A stretch of 64,000 nt of DNA from Octopus sinensis. Taxonomy: Eukaryota. The stretch spans positions 37,324,001 through 37,388,000 of the forward strand of contig NC_043002.1 of NCBI RefSeq assembly GCF_006345805.1, written 5' to 3'. The position numbers and the translations under genes were made by a program. The number at the start of each line of letters is the position of its first letter. The first letter of the stretch is position 1. The notes under the pieces were generated by a model. That model did not search any database and was not told the origin of the DNA. It worked only from the letters and a program-made list of their open reading frames with translations. Below are positions 63,351 to 64,000 of the stretch, in pieces.

Positions 63351-64000
63351 GTGATATACAACATATTCCTGCAATAGCAGGGATACAGCATGAGAGGTTT
63401 AAGTCTTGTATTGATTTTAACCTTCTATATTTTAATGACTGCTTAAATTACAGTTGTGACCATTCCTAGGTATTGGCATGGATATGCACAGATATGGCTG
63501 TATGGTTAAAATCCACTCAGAAAGCTGGTATTTCAATTATTCTAACATTTTAGACTTCAAGTTTTACTGTCCATATTTTACTGTTTCACAGAATCATTTA
63601 TTTTTAACATGTGCACTATACAACCCAGCTGTGTACTTTCAAACATACAAAGGAAATGGCTTGGTACACTAGCCTTAAAACAATTATTTTCTCCCTCTCA
63701 AATATTTCAGAAACAAAATGAACTTTTCGTTTGACACCGCAAAGAAAATCAGATAAAATATTGATATAGATATCCATAAATAAATATAATACAAATTTCA
63801 GCTACTATTATAAATAAGAACAGGAATCAAGAAACCATTAATACAGAAGCTATCTTGTTGTATTCCATAAGGAATTGTTTTGCAGTTGATTACATTTTAC
63901 TACATGGATAGCCAAAATTAAATGAAAACAAAGTTAATTCTCCAAAGAATAACAATTGAATTGAATAGAAATTATTCAAATTAAGTTGTAAGATAATTTC

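Overview
AT-rich (roughly 65-70% AT by eye), microsatellite-saturated eukaryotic genomic DNA, most likely an octopus or another coleoid cephalopod. This is inferred from the repeat families: several tRNA-derived SINEs of the kind described in Octopus, RTE/CR1/Penelope remnants, and dense (TA)n/(CA)n/(TACA)n/(AAT)n tracts. There is no prokaryotic content, operon, CRISPR array, rRNA or true tRNA, and no host protein-coding gene I can name. Most listed ORFs are microsatellite or SINE read-throughs. The recognisable coding sequence is all transposon-derived and broken: two full-length mariner elements with TIRs, a 5'-truncated CR1, several RTE fragments, an R4/Dong-like RLE tail, and a HERO-like RLE tail split by a SINE. 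Non-autonomous hAT (8-bp TSD) and TTAA (piggyBac-like) MITEs and several nested insertions can be resolved to the base. The most interesting signal is a set of minimal type-I hammerhead ribozyme folds in Penelope-like remnants from several families. These include two canonical-core copies with intact folds and a three-copy family with a shared non-canonical core (CUGU(A/G)GA, A6U). A handful of isolated splice-flanked open frames and an RFX X-box may belong to a host gene, but they cannot be chained or identified without alignment or RNA data. Boundaries of degenerate repeats are approximate.
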